Shown one piece after another: positions 25,009 to 33,372 of a stretch of DNA of 64,000 nt. Position 1 is the stretch's first letter; each line of letters opens with the position of its first letter. The notes under the pieces are model-generated. The model was not told where the DNA came from. It saw only the letters and a program-made list of their open reading frames with translations, and ran no database searches. The position numbers and the translations under genes are program-made. Source of the stretch: a virus (Duplodnaviria > Heunggongvirae > Uroviricota > Caudoviricetes); the IMG/VR virus record IMGVR_UViG_2822641076_000001, positions 57,830-121,829 of that record. One strand, given 5' to 3'.

Positions 25009-26145
25009 ATGCAGTTCACTTTAGCAGATTATAAGAAGTTTCAACTTGAAAAAGAAGAGGGCTACATTACTGAGAAACGACATCCTTGGTTTAAGAATCT
25101 AGTAATTCTCAATTACACGAACCGAGCAGTTGTTGACCGTCGATGGAACAACGAAACGATGATGGCACGAGGATTAATCCTTGATACGAATACATTAGAG
25201 GTAGTTGCTAAGCCGTTTCCAAAGTTCTTTAATATGGATGAGAATTTAGAGTATCAGCGTGATATTCCACGATGTGACTGTAATCCACCAACGCTAACCG
25301 TGAAGCAGGATGGTTCACTAGGTATCAGTTACATGATGGGTAATGCTTTATTTTGGGCTACTAGAGGTTCTTTTGAATCCAAACAGGCATTTATTGCGAA
25401 TGAGATTTGGGATAGAAAATATGCTACCAAAATCATTAAGGATGAAAAGCTCCGTGAAACGCTACGAGGAATCACTTTATTAGTTGAAATCATTGACCCT
25501 AAGACACGAATTGTCGTGGATTACGAAGGAATGTCTGACTTAATTCTTATTGGAGCTGTTGACATTCGAGGTAAGTTCCCGATTGATTTAACAATGGATT
25601 CGTTAAAAGCTATTGGTCAAATGTTAGATATGCCTGTGACCGAGCAAGTAGATTTAACAATAGATGAAGCAATCAAAATGAAGAGTGAAATTCCTGCTAA
25701 TGAAGAAGGTTGGGTATTGCAGTGGGATAATGGCAAGCGATTGAAAGTAAAGGGCGATGATTATATGGCTGTACACCGTGTAGCTTATGGATTATCACTC
25801 AAGCGAAAACTAGAGGCTTGGCACACTGGCAAAATGAAAGAATTAATCGAGCAAGTTCCCGAAGAGTTCCGTAAAGAAGTAGAAGCATTCCAAGATAATT
25901 GGGACGCACTTGCTATGACAATTACTGAAAACCTTCAATACATATTAGATGAGTGTCTTGCTAATGCAGAGACTCGTAAAGATTTTGCTACAAATGTAAA
26001 AAATAATGAATCTCTAGAGAAAAGATATCAATCTCTAATCTTCACTGGTTATGACACGAAGAAGATTAACATTGATGTAATCAAGATGTATATCTACAAA
26101 AACTACAGAGATTTCATCGAAGAGGGAGAAGAAGAAGATGCTTAA
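25009..26145 (+). CDS. ATP-dependent RNA ligase, T4 Rnl1 (RnlA)-like (378 aa)
   Basis: Motif I [10 protein letters not shown] aligns with T4 Rnl1 KEDGSLVSTY. Upstream ARGLILD...[15 protein letters not shown] matches [43 protein letters not shown] matches KGSIKSEQALMAN. Motif IV/V is [16 protein letters not shown]. Size matches Rnl1. Confidence 0.8.
   Translation: [378 protein letters not shown]
25990..26010 (+). promoter_or_regulatory. intragenic motif copy (ACAAaTGTAAAAAATAATGAA) inside the RNA ligase CDS, 128 bp before the kinase/HD gene
   Basis: The element is encoded within ...[13 protein letters not shown]... A possible internal promoter. Confidence 0.4.
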
Positions 26146-27142
26146 ATTCATGATGATGGTAGGCATCCCTGCAAGCGGAAAATCAACGTTCGCAGAGCTT
26201 CTAGCGGAACAAGATGACGCAATTCTACTTTCCTCTGACGTTGTTGGTAAAGAGTTACATGGTGAAGACAATGAACGCAATAACGAAGAGGTGTTTGCTC
26301 TAATGTTTGAGCGAACCGTAGAAGCTCTAATGCAAGGGAAGAGTGTTGTATATGATGCAACAAATATCAATCGTAACCGTAGAATCGGATTACTTCAACG
26401 ACTTAACCGTACTTTCAAAGCAACTGGTGCTATGAAGTTTGTATACTACATTAATACGGCTGTTGAGGTAGCTCTTTTAGATAATGGATTAAGAGGAAAA
26501 CCAGTACCACCTTTCGTGATTGAGCGCTCGTACAAGAGTTTAAATGTGCCAATCAAAGAGGAAGGTTGGGATGATGTATATATCATTCAGCGCCAAGAAG
26601 GTGTGTTTGATATTGAAGACCGCAAAGACATTATGAAGATTGTTCAAAGTGGCGGAACTCATGAGGAAATCATGACAGGTCTTATGGGGTATTTCCCTGA
26701 GTTCCTAGCCATGTATAACATGCCACAGGACTCGAAATATCATTCATTCTCTGTGAGTCGTCATGTATACCATGTATACAAATATGTCTTTGACAACTTT
26801 GATAATGGGAGTGAATATGACCGATTAGTGATGCTGTGGACTGCACTGCTTCATGATATCGGCAAACCATACTGTAAGAATTTTGAGAGCCGTGACGGTG
26901 AGGAAACACGCTATGCAAACTTCATCTCACATGAGAACGTAGGAGCGCAAATAGCTAGCTCAATTCTTGCTAAAGCAGTACATAATGATGATTTTATCCT
27001 TCAAGTTACTAAGCTGATTCAGTTCCATATGGTTCTGTTGAATGCAGGTGAAAAAGGAAAGAATCGACTAAGACGATTAGTTGGAGATAAAACATATGAG
27101 ATGCTAGAAATCTTGCGAGATGCAGATACTCTAGCACACTAA
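26138..27142 (+). CDS. polynucleotide 5'-kinase (P-loop) fused to an HD-domain phosphohydrolase (334 aa)
   Basis: N-terminal Walker A GIPASGKST (compare T4 Pnk GCPGSGKST). C-terminal HD signature WTALLHDIGKP with downstream His/Asp residues. Confidence 0.6.
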   Translation: MLKFMMMVGIPASGKSTFAELLAEQDDAILLSSDVVGKELHGEDNERNNEEVFALMFERTVEALMQGKSVVYDATNINRNRRIGLLQRLNRTFKATGAMKFVYYINTAVEVALLDNGLRGKPVPPFVIERSYKSLNVPIKEEGWDDVYIIQRQEGVFDIEDRKDIMKIVQSGGTHEEIMTGLMGYFPEFLAMYNMPQDSKYHSFSVSRHVYHVYKYVFDNFDNGSEYDRLVMLWTALLHDIGKPYCKNFESRDGEETRYANFISHENVGAQIASSILAKAVHNDDFILQVTKLIQFHMVLLNAGEKGKNRLRRLVGDKTYEMLEILRDADTLAH

Positions 27143-27154
27143 GGAGCGATTTAG

Positions 27155-27514
27155 ATGGGAAGTATTACATTTAACGGAAACACGTATTACGGTAATAGCA
27201 TCCACATCAGTAACGGAACAGTCATCATTGATGGTGTTGTTCAAGCTCAAGGACTAAAGGGACACTTAGACATTAAGGTTGAAGGAGATATCCGTGACTT
27301 AACAACGGATGCTCCAACAACTATTGATGGAAATGTATTAGGAAACCTACGAAGCAGAGGCTCTGTTACTTGTCGCAATGTACAGGGTTATGTAGATGCA
27401 GGCGGTAGCGTAACAGCTCATGACGTGGGTGGAGATATTGATGCAGGTGGCTCAGTTCGATGTGGTAGAGTCGGAGGTTCTATAGACGCAGGAGGAAGCG
27501 TCAGACACGGTTAG
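27155..27514 (+). CDS. bactofilin-like Gly-rich beta-helical repeat protein (119 aa)
   Basis: Repeats of x-G-x-V/I-x-G-x-I/V-D-A-G-G-S-V (GSVTAHDVGGDIDAGGSVRCGRVGGSIDAGGSVRHG) resemble the bactofilin/DUF583 fold. Confidence 0.4.
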   Translation: MGSITFNGNTYYGNSIHISNGTVIIDGVVQAQGLKGHLDIKVEGDIRDLTTDAPTTIDGNVLGNLRSRGSVTCRNVQGYVDAGGSVTAHDVGGDIDAGGSVRCGRVGGSIDAGGSVRHG

Positions 27515-27525
27515 GAGGAAAAACA

Positions 27526-27636
27526 ATGGGTTTTGTAATGGGATTCATTATAATCACAGGATGGTTAGCTGTTCTTGGATGTGGAATAGGTTATTTCATC
27601 CATTGGATGGAAACTAAGAATAGGAAGAGAAGATAA
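27526..27636 (+). CDS. tiny membrane peptide (36 aa), paralog of 27650..27778
   Basis: TAGGAGG SD. MGFVMGFIIITGWLAVLGCG... differs from the next ORF's MGFVGGFVVITGWLALIG... by only a few residues. Confidence 0.45.
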   Translation: MGFVMGFIIITGWLAVLGCGIGYFIHWMETKNRKRR

Positions 27637-27649
27637 CAGGAGGATTCAA

Positions 27650-27778
27650 ATGGGATTCGTAGGCGGATTTGTTGTAATCACAGGATGGCTAGCTCTCATT
27701 GGAACATCAGTGGTTTGTGCCATTAAATACTTTTGGGAATGGTGCGACGAGCGTTTTTTAGGAGAGTGTACTAAATGA
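27650..27778 (+). CDS. tiny membrane peptide (42 aa), paralog of 27526..27636
   Basis: CAGGAGG SD. Same N-terminal 18 aa pattern. Confidence 0.45.
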   Translation: MGFVGGFVVITGWLALIGTSVVCAIKYFWEWCDERFLGECTK

Positions 27779-27957
27779 AGTTTATCAAGTTTTTAAAAAG
27801 AAATCGCACTTTCATGATTGCTCTATGCGTTTGCAATTTCATGATAGGATTTGTAACGAGTTTTGATATGGTTTACTCCATTTTTTCAACTATATTTTCA
27901 ATGAGTTTTACATTAGCGGTTTTATATTTCATTGATAGAAAGGTTTTTGCGAAATGA
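27775..27957 (+). CDS. small membrane protein (60 aa)
   Basis: ATGA overlap. Two TM helices. Confidence 0.45.
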   Translation: MKFIKFLKRNRTFMIALCVCNFMIGFVTSFDMVYSIFSTIFSMSFTLAVLYFIDRKVFAK

Positions 27958-28151
27958 AGCTTATAAATTATATGGAGAAGAACATCTTCACTATCCTTGC
28001 AGTGGGCATCCTTAGCTTTGGCACAGGTTTAGCAGATAGCGGTGATGTACTTGCTTCAATTGCATCAACTTCTGTCTCATTAGGTGTAACAATACTAATT
28101 ATGTATGCAGTAGAGAATGCGGTTAAATCTTGGATGAGCAAGAAGCAATGA
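27954..28151 (+). CDS. small membrane protein (65 aa)
   Basis: ATGA overlap. Two TM helices. Confidence 0.45.
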   Translation: MKLINYMEKNIFTILAVGILSFGTGLADSGDVLASIASTSVSLGVTILIMYAVENAVKSWMSKKQ

Positions 28152-28291
28152 GGAAGATTGAACCAATGATAATAACCGAGGAGCAAGCAGAGTGGCTTCA
28201 ACGGTATTTAGAGAAGCCTTCTGATAGTCCTAGAGTGAAAGAAGTTAGAAAGAAACTAAAAAATTACTTGAAACAAAAAGAAGGTGAGTAA
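28148..28291 (+). CDS. small hydrophilic protein (47 aa)
   Basis: ATGA overlap. Basic/acidic helical peptide. Confidence 0.35.
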   Translation: MRKIEPMIITEEQAEWLQRYLEKPSDSPRVKEVRKKLKNYLKQKEGE

Positions 28292-29296
28292 GTGTTACTA
28301 CCAAAGAAAGTAACCTTCTATTGTAAATCTGAGAGTACAGATGGTGTTCTTCATGCGTTCCCTGTTGATTCAGAGGCGACTAATCATGATACAGCAGAGA
28401 AGTGGGCTACTGAGAATAAGTTTGATTACAATTATGAAACTCATAAACGAGAAAATGAGCGGACTATTCCACCGACTGTGTTCGAATTAGAAAACAAAGG
28501 TTTTGATAATGTTGTTATCACAGACCTCAAGCAACGTGGAAACGGTGGAAGAGCTTATCAAGTAGTTTTAGACCTTGGAGAACATAAGGTACGTGTAGAT
28601 TTACGTGAGAAGGCGTTAATGGATGTAATTAATAATGCAGGTATTCTAGCAGGTGGAAAACTTAGTGGGACTTTCTGCTTCATTAAAGATGGCGCACAGA
28701 CCAACCTTGTACGAGAAGGTTCGAAAGACCATCAAGAAGCTGTTAAAGATACTAATAAGAAGAAGACCTTCACAAAGAATATCAAGAAGAGTGACTTGAA
28801 GGTCGGCTATGAATATGAAACTTTAAGTGGAAGTAAAAGTGTTTTCTTAGGATTCGTATACACTGCTGACGTGGATATTCATACAGGAGAGTTATCTAAG
28901 CCGTACAAAGCCATGTTATTTGTGAGAAGTGGTCACAACTTCGAAGAGATGAGCAAAGATTTGAGAAGCGATGACAAAGATGCTCTAGCGAGGAAAGAAA
29001 ATCTGTATTTATGGGATTTTAAAATATCGAAAACTCATTCATTTAAAATCGAGAATGAGAGACGCATAGATATCGAGACAAGTGAAGTGCTAGAGAAGAT
29101 AAATGCTTTCGGTGAAGCTAAACGTCAAAGATATCTCAAGACGACATACTTTGGTGACGCTCTTGAAGGTCATAGATTAGGATGTCTCGTCGCTGACAAG
29201 AAAGACATGAATATAGATAATGATGGTCTGTCGGAAGTTGTTAAGGCACAACGAGATTACGAAGATAGACGCAGGCATTATTGGAGTAGATGGTAA
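28292..29296 (+). CDS. hypothetical protein (334 aa, GTG start)
   Basis: GAAGGTGAG SD. No recognisable motif. Confidence 0.5.
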   Translation: MLLPKKVTFYCKSESTDGVLHAFPVDSEATNHDTAEKWATENKFDYNYETHKRENERTIPPTVFELENKGFDNVVITDLKQRGNGGRAYQVVLDLGEHKVRVDLREKALMDVINNAGILAGGKLSGTFCFIKDGAQTNLVREGSKDHQEAVKDTNKKKTFTKNIKKSDLKVGYEYETLSGSKSVFLGFVYTADVDIHTGELSKPYKAMLFVRSGHNFEEMSKDLRSDDKDALARKENLYLWDFKISKTHSFKIENERRIDIETSEVLEKINAFGEAKRQRYLKTTYFGDALEGHRLGCLVADKKDMNIDNDGLSEVVKAQRDYEDRRRHYWSRW

Positions 29297-29481
29297 TGTT
29301 AAAAGAGGAAGAGTCTATTATAAATAAGACAGCAGAGATATGGAATGAGTTTACAGCATTAGAACAGACTCATCCGTCGGATGTAGATGACATGGCTAAA
29401 GCTATTCATCAGATTCAGCATATAATCTCTATTAGAATGGCTCGACGAACTCATCCAAATATCTTCGTAACTATTAAATAA
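29290..29481 (+). CDS. hypothetical protein (63 aa)
   Basis: Overlapping start with GGAG upstream. Confidence 0.45.
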   Translation: MVMLKEEESIINKTAEIWNEFTALEQTHPSDVDDMAKAIHQIQHIISIRMARRTHPNIFVTIK

Positions 29482-29511
29482 AAGGATGTTTTTATTTGAG
29501 GAGTGACAAAT

Positions 29512-29715
29512 ATGGAAAGACCATTATATTTGGAATCTCTAAGCATAAAATGCTTTAGACACGGAGCAGAGAATCCGAGGGTAATTGGGCTTGTAAACTT
29601 TACACCAAAAGGGTATGAAGAAAGACCGTGTTTCAAGGTAATGTATGATAGTGATGGATACATAGATTATATCCCGTATAGCGAAATTGCAGACAATGTT
29701 TGGAGATTGATTTAG
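29512..29715 (+). CDS. hypothetical protein (67 aa)
   Basis: GAGGAG SD 8 nt before the ATG at 29512 (the track starts at the GTG at 29503). Confidence 0.45.
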   Translation: MERPLYLESLSIKCFRHGAENPRVIGLVNFTPKGYEERPCFKVMYDSDGYIDYIPYSEIADNVWRLI

Positions 29716-29751
29716 TAAATCAGCACCTTTCTTGAAGGAGGTGAGTAAGAC

Positions 29752-30030
29752 GTGGAAAAGTTATTACTAGAATTATTGCCGATTATTGCAACAGTATTCT
29801 TATCAATCTGTTATATCCCTCAGATTGTTAAAAACTATAAGACTAAAGATGTTAGTAGCATCTCATTATGGTTTTGGGTATTGTTAAACATTGCATTAAC
29901 TCTTATGTTCACAAATGCATTTATGATTTATAACAAATTTGGAACATATGGCTATCTGATTACAGAGACGTTTAACTTAGGGCTAGCTATGATAGTACTT
30001 ATTCAAGTGTTGATTTATCGAAAGAAATAA
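29752..30030 (+). CDS. membrane protein (92 aa, GTG start)
   Basis: GAAGGAGGTG SD. Three TM helices. Confidence 0.5.
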   Translation: MEKLLLELLPIIATVFLSICYIPQIVKNYKTKDVSSISLWFWVLLNIALTLMFTNAFMIYNKFGTYGYLITETFNLGLAMIVLIQVLIYRKK

Positions 30031-30042
30031 ATCATTTTAATT

Positions 30043-30086
30043 ACAGGTGTAAAAAATATTTTAAATACAAGTGTGAAAAATAATTA
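30043..30086 (+). promoter_or_regulatory. two tandem motif variants (ACAgGTGTAAAAAATAttttaa and ACAAGTGTgAAAAATAATtaaa)
   Basis: Two copies 24 bp apart, immediately upstream of the sigma-A promoter at 30095. Confidence 0.45.
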
Positions 30087-30094
30087 AAAAGGTA

Positions 30095-30123
30095 TTGCTA
30101 AAGTCGTTTTTCTAGTGTACAAT
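30095..30123 (+). promoter_or_regulatory. sigma-A promoter TTGCTA-17-TACAAT
   Basis: aaaaaggtattgcta...tacaat, almost identical to the promoter at 41271-41299. Confidence 0.5.
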
Positions 30124-30230
30124 AACTATTGTAAGTGAGTTAAGACATGACAGACAAAGGTTACAAGTGAGAAAAATAATAACAACACAACTTACTTATA
30201 ACATTACGAACATAGGGATGGTATCACAAA

Positions 30231-31307
30231 ATGGAAAAACAAATTATAGAATCAGCAAAACAAAACATTATAAAAATAGTAGACTCTTTAGAAGTTTCAA
30301 ATATAGACCAAGTTTACAGTGATGTTGTGAAATACTTAGACTTTGCAAAGGCTTATAGCCAACTACCTCATATCATCAATGGGTTAAATGAAGTGAGTGA
30401 AGAAGCGAATGAGCCTAATCAATCAAATGTCGTTAATTTAAGTGGAGATACAATTCAGCTACATACGGAGAACAAAATTGAGGGTTACGAGTTTAAGAGA
30501 AACATCAAAGGTGGCTATTTAGATGGAACGGATATATATGTTCCCGAAAAGTTCATCAGAGAACTTGGACTACAGCATGGAGACATTGTTAAAGCCGATA
30601 AGATTGGTGAAAAGCGATATAAATATACTGTGTTAGATGATTGTGGTTGTGATAGTTTATCCGATGTAATTTCGATTAAGATGGCTGTCGTAGAATACGA
30701 CCCTTCAAGTAATCGCTATACAGCTAGTAAGGATTGGATGGATAATCCTATTATGATTAACGGTCATAAAGCAGAGATTATTATCTCAGACAATGACTTT
30801 AGAAACTTTAGCATCATGACAGGGGATATTATTGATATCAGCGTAGATAAAAATGACCTTGATTTCAGTCGTGTTGTTTGGAAACATGCAACAACGGATG
30901 AATACAATAGACAGTATACATCAAGTATTAAAAGAGAACCTAAGAAGCCTATCATAGAGAAGAAGAAGCATGAGCAATTCTTCGCAGGTAAAAAGATTGT
31001 TATGGTTGGATTTGATGTAGAGAAAGCTAGTTTCAGAGATGCAGTTGAAAGACATGGTGGACAATTTGAATGTCTTCACGGAATGGAAGATGAATCAAGA
31101 TTTGAGGCAACTATGAAGGATGCAGATGCAGTTGTGCTAATGCTGAGCTTCGTTAAACATAGAGCTACTATCTTAGCAAATCAACTATGTAAAGATAATG
31201 GTATTCCATGTGATTCTTTACACACCAAGGGTAAAAGTGGATTTGTAAGAATGGCAAAAGAACTAATAGATAAGAAAGCAAAAGAGGTACATGTTACCTT
31301 AAAATAA
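30231..31307 (+). CDS. hypothetical protein (358 aa)
   Basis: Long ORF. The C-terminal region (KKIVMVGFDVEKASFRDAVERHGG...) is possibly Rossmann-like, but no confident call. Confidence 0.5.
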   Translation: MEKQIIESAKQNIIKIVDSLEVSNIDQVYSDVVKYLDFAKAYSQLPHIINGLNEVSEEANEPNQSNVVNLSGDTIQLHTENKIEGYEFKRNIKGGYLDGTDIYVPEKFIRELGLQHGDIVKADKIGEKRYKYTVLDDCGCDSLSDVISIKMAVVEYDPSSNRYTASKDWMDNPIMINGHKAEIIISDNDFRNFSIMTGDIIDISVDKNDLDFSRVVWKHATTDEYNRQYTSSIKREPKKPIIEKKKHEQFFAGKKIVMVGFDVEKASFRDAVERHGGQFECLHGMEDESRFEATMKDADAVVLMLSFVKHRATILANQLCKDNGIPCDSLHTKGKSGFVRMAKELIDKKAKEVHVTLK

Positions 31308-31312
31308 TTATC

Positions 31313-31354
31313 ACAAGTGTAAATAATAATAAATAATGCAATAAATAATGAAAA
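31313..31354 (+). promoter_or_regulatory. expanded motif copy (ACAAGTGTAAATAATAATAAATAATGCAATAAATAATGAAAA)
   Basis: The motif with its AATAAT unit reiterated, followed by a 16-bp hairpin at 31361-31425 and another variant at 31423-31442. Confidence 0.4.
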
Positions 31355-31360
31355 CTTGTA

Positions 31361-31425
31361 GTGTTGGTGGTTAGAAGATGCTTTGCTTCTATCGTAAGGA
31401 AGGTGTCTTCTAATCACCAACCACA
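31361..31425. other. long hairpin: 18-nt arms (gtgttggtggttagaaga / tcttctaatcaccaaccaca) with a 27-nt loop containing aaggaaggtg
   Basis: 16 Watson-Crick pairs and one mismatch. No T-tract. Sits between two motif copies. Confidence 0.55.
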
Positions 31426-31461
31426 GGTGTTAAAAATAATGGTTTGAGGTAGGTGTTTAAA

Positions 31462-31614
31462 TTGCCTGTAGTTGCAGGTTTCATCTTAATTGGCGTTGCT
31501 CTTATATCTATTGCAATGGTTCTTGGAAAGTTAGGAATCTTAGACAAGATTGAGAAGACGTCAGGAAAAGCAAAGAACACATTAAAAAAAGAAGAGAAAA
31601 AGGAGAGTATTTAA
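31462..31614 (+). CDS. small membrane protein (50 aa, TTG start), candidate partner of the SPFH protein
   Basis: GGTAGGTG SD. One TM helix then a K/E-rich tail. Ends 2 nt before the SPFH gene. Confidence 0.35.
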   Translation: MPVVAGFILIGVALISIAMVLGKLGILDKIEKTSGKAKNTLKKEEKKESI

Positions 31615-31616
31615 CA

Positions 31617-32450
31617 ATGGCAATGAAAAAAGGTGCAGTAATTTTCTTAGCAGGTAGTATTTTTGTAGGCGGTATTGTGGGTATGTGTACAACTAAAATT
31701 TCGCAAGGTCAAGCAGGTGTTGTTTACAGTGCAAGCGGTGGAGTTAAAGGTGAAACATTATCTCAAGGTTGGCAAACAGTATCTCCATTTAGCCGAGTTA
31801 CAGAGTATCCGATTTCTACATCTACAGTTAACTACAAGGATTTAGCAATCGCTACGAAAGACGGTAAGCCGTTAACAATGGAGATTACATACGACTACTT
31901 CAATGATGTAGAGAAATTACCTCATATCTTCAACAAGTTCAAAGGTGCAAAGCCTGAGGCAATTGAAGATTCATGGTTAAAATCACGTCTAAAAGAGAGT
32001 GCTTTATCTGTAACATCTAAGTACACGATTCTAGAAGTATTCCAAAACCGTGAAAATATCCGTACTGAAATCCAAAAGAGATTCCAAGAGGATGTTAAGA
32101 AGCATGGATTCATTGTTGAGAATGTAACTTTAGGTAATCCAAAAGCTGACGGTCAAACTGAGCAAGCATTACAGAAAGTAATTGACCGACAACAAGAATT
32201 AGAAGCTTTAGAGATTGAGAAGAAGCAAGCTGTTGTTAAAGCTGAGAAGAAGATTGAAGAAGCAAAAGGTGAAGCTGAGTCTAAGCGTATTCAATCAGAA
32301 GCAGAAGCAAAAGCCAATGAAACTGTTAAGCAATCATTATCTCCTGAGATTGTGAACTACGAATCAATCAAGAAGTGGGATGGTAAATTACCAAGCGTTA
32401 CAGGCGGAGCAACACCAATGGTAACAATTCCTCAAGGTGAAAATAAGTAA
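31617..32450 (+). CDS. SPFH/band-7 (stomatin/HflC-like) membrane protein (277 aa)
   Basis: N-terminal TM helix AVIFLAGSIFVGGIVGMC followed by an SPFH core (QGQAGVVYS...GWQTVSPFSRVTEYPISTSTVNYKDLAIATKDGKPLTMEITYDY) and a C-terminal coiled coil. Confidence 0.6.
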   Translation: MAMKKGAVIFLAGSIFVGGIVGMCTTKISQGQAGVVYSASGGVKGETLSQGWQTVSPFSRVTEYPISTSTVNYKDLAIATKDGKPLTMEITYDYFNDVEKLPHIFNKFKGAKPEAIEDSWLKSRLKESALSVTSKYTILEVFQNRENIRTEIQKRFQEDVKKHGFIVENVTLGNPKADGQTEQALQKVIDRQQELEALEIEKKQAVVKAEKKIEEAKGEAESKRIQSEAEAKANETVKQSLSPEIVNYESIKKWDGKLPSVTGGATPMVTIPQGENK

Positions 32451-32512
32451 TTAACCTACTATGGAGCGGAATCTTCTGCTCCATAGTTTAATGAATAAAA
32501 AGGAGTGTTGAA

Positions 32513-33337
32513 ATGAAGAAGAAGTTAATCAGCGCAACTTTAGCAGGCTTAATTATTGGCGGTGGTATCAGTGGAGCTGTAGTTCATCAAGCTTTCCCAA
32601 AGGAAGTTGTGAAGACTGAGGTTAAAACTGAACAGGTTGGTTCATTGGCTAAGCAAAATGCTATGGCTACCCTATGGACTCAATCATCTGCTGAGGCAAA
32701 CGCATTGCGTTTACAAGCGTATAACGTTGCTAAAGAGCGTGTAGATGAAGCTGTGAAAAATGGAATCGTTCATAAGGCTGTAGTACTCGATATTGATGAA
32801 ACAATTATCAACAATATGGACTACATGGCGTGGGCTGTAAAGAATGAGAAGAAATTCCCTGACCAATGGTCTGAGTGGATTAAATCTGCTCAAGGTGAAG
32901 AGATTGCAGGAGCAGTTGATTTCATTAAACATGCACAAGCAAATGGTGTAGAAGTATTCTTAGTTTCTAACCGAGACAAGAGCGAGATGGAAGGTACTCT
33001 AGAGAATCTGAAAAAGATTGGTTTAGGAGATATCGACCGTGAGCATATCATGCTAAAAGACAAGAGCTCTAGTAAGCAAGAACGCATGGATATGGTAGAA
33101 GTCAATCACAATGTATTACTGTACATTGGAGACAATCTAGCTGACCATAGCGATGATTTTTACAAGAAGAATGTCTCAGAGCGTGCAGAAGCACTGAAAG
33201 CTCATAAGGATGACTTCGGTACTAAATATATCATTCTTCCAAACTCTGCATATGGCGAGTGGGAAGGAACTATCTATAATCATGATTACAGCAAAGACCA
33301 AAATAAAGCACGAATGGATGCTTTAAAAGGATTCTAA
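32513..33337 (+). CDS. secreted or membrane-anchored HAD-IIIB acid phosphatase, 5'-nucleotidase e(P4)/class-B family (274 aa)
   Basis: Signal/TM segment, then motif I VVLDIDETIINN (DxDET), motif III FLVSNRD and motif IV IGDNLADHSDDF. Confidence 0.6.
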   Translation: MKKKLISATLAGLIIGGGISGAVVHQAFPKEVVKTEVKTEQVGSLAKQNAMATLWTQSSAEANALRLQAYNVAKERVDEAVKNGIVHKAVVLDIDETIINNMDYMAWAVKNEKKFPDQWSEWIKSAQGEEIAGAVDFIKHAQANGVEVFLVSNRDKSEMEGTLENLKKIGLGDIDREHIMLKDKSSSKQERMDMVEVNHNVLLYIGDNLADHSDDFYKKNVSERAEALKAHKDDFGTKYIILPNSAYGEWEGTIYNHDYSKDQNKARMDALKGF

Positions 33338-33357
33338 CAAGTGTAAAAAATAATGAA
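33337..33357 (+). promoter_or_regulatory. canonical motif copy directly upstream of nrdI
   Basis: ACAAGTGTAAAAAATAATGAA ends 16 nt before the nrdI start. Head of the nucleotide-metabolism operon. Confidence 0.5.
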
Positions 33358-33372
33358 TTGGAGTTGGCTGAA

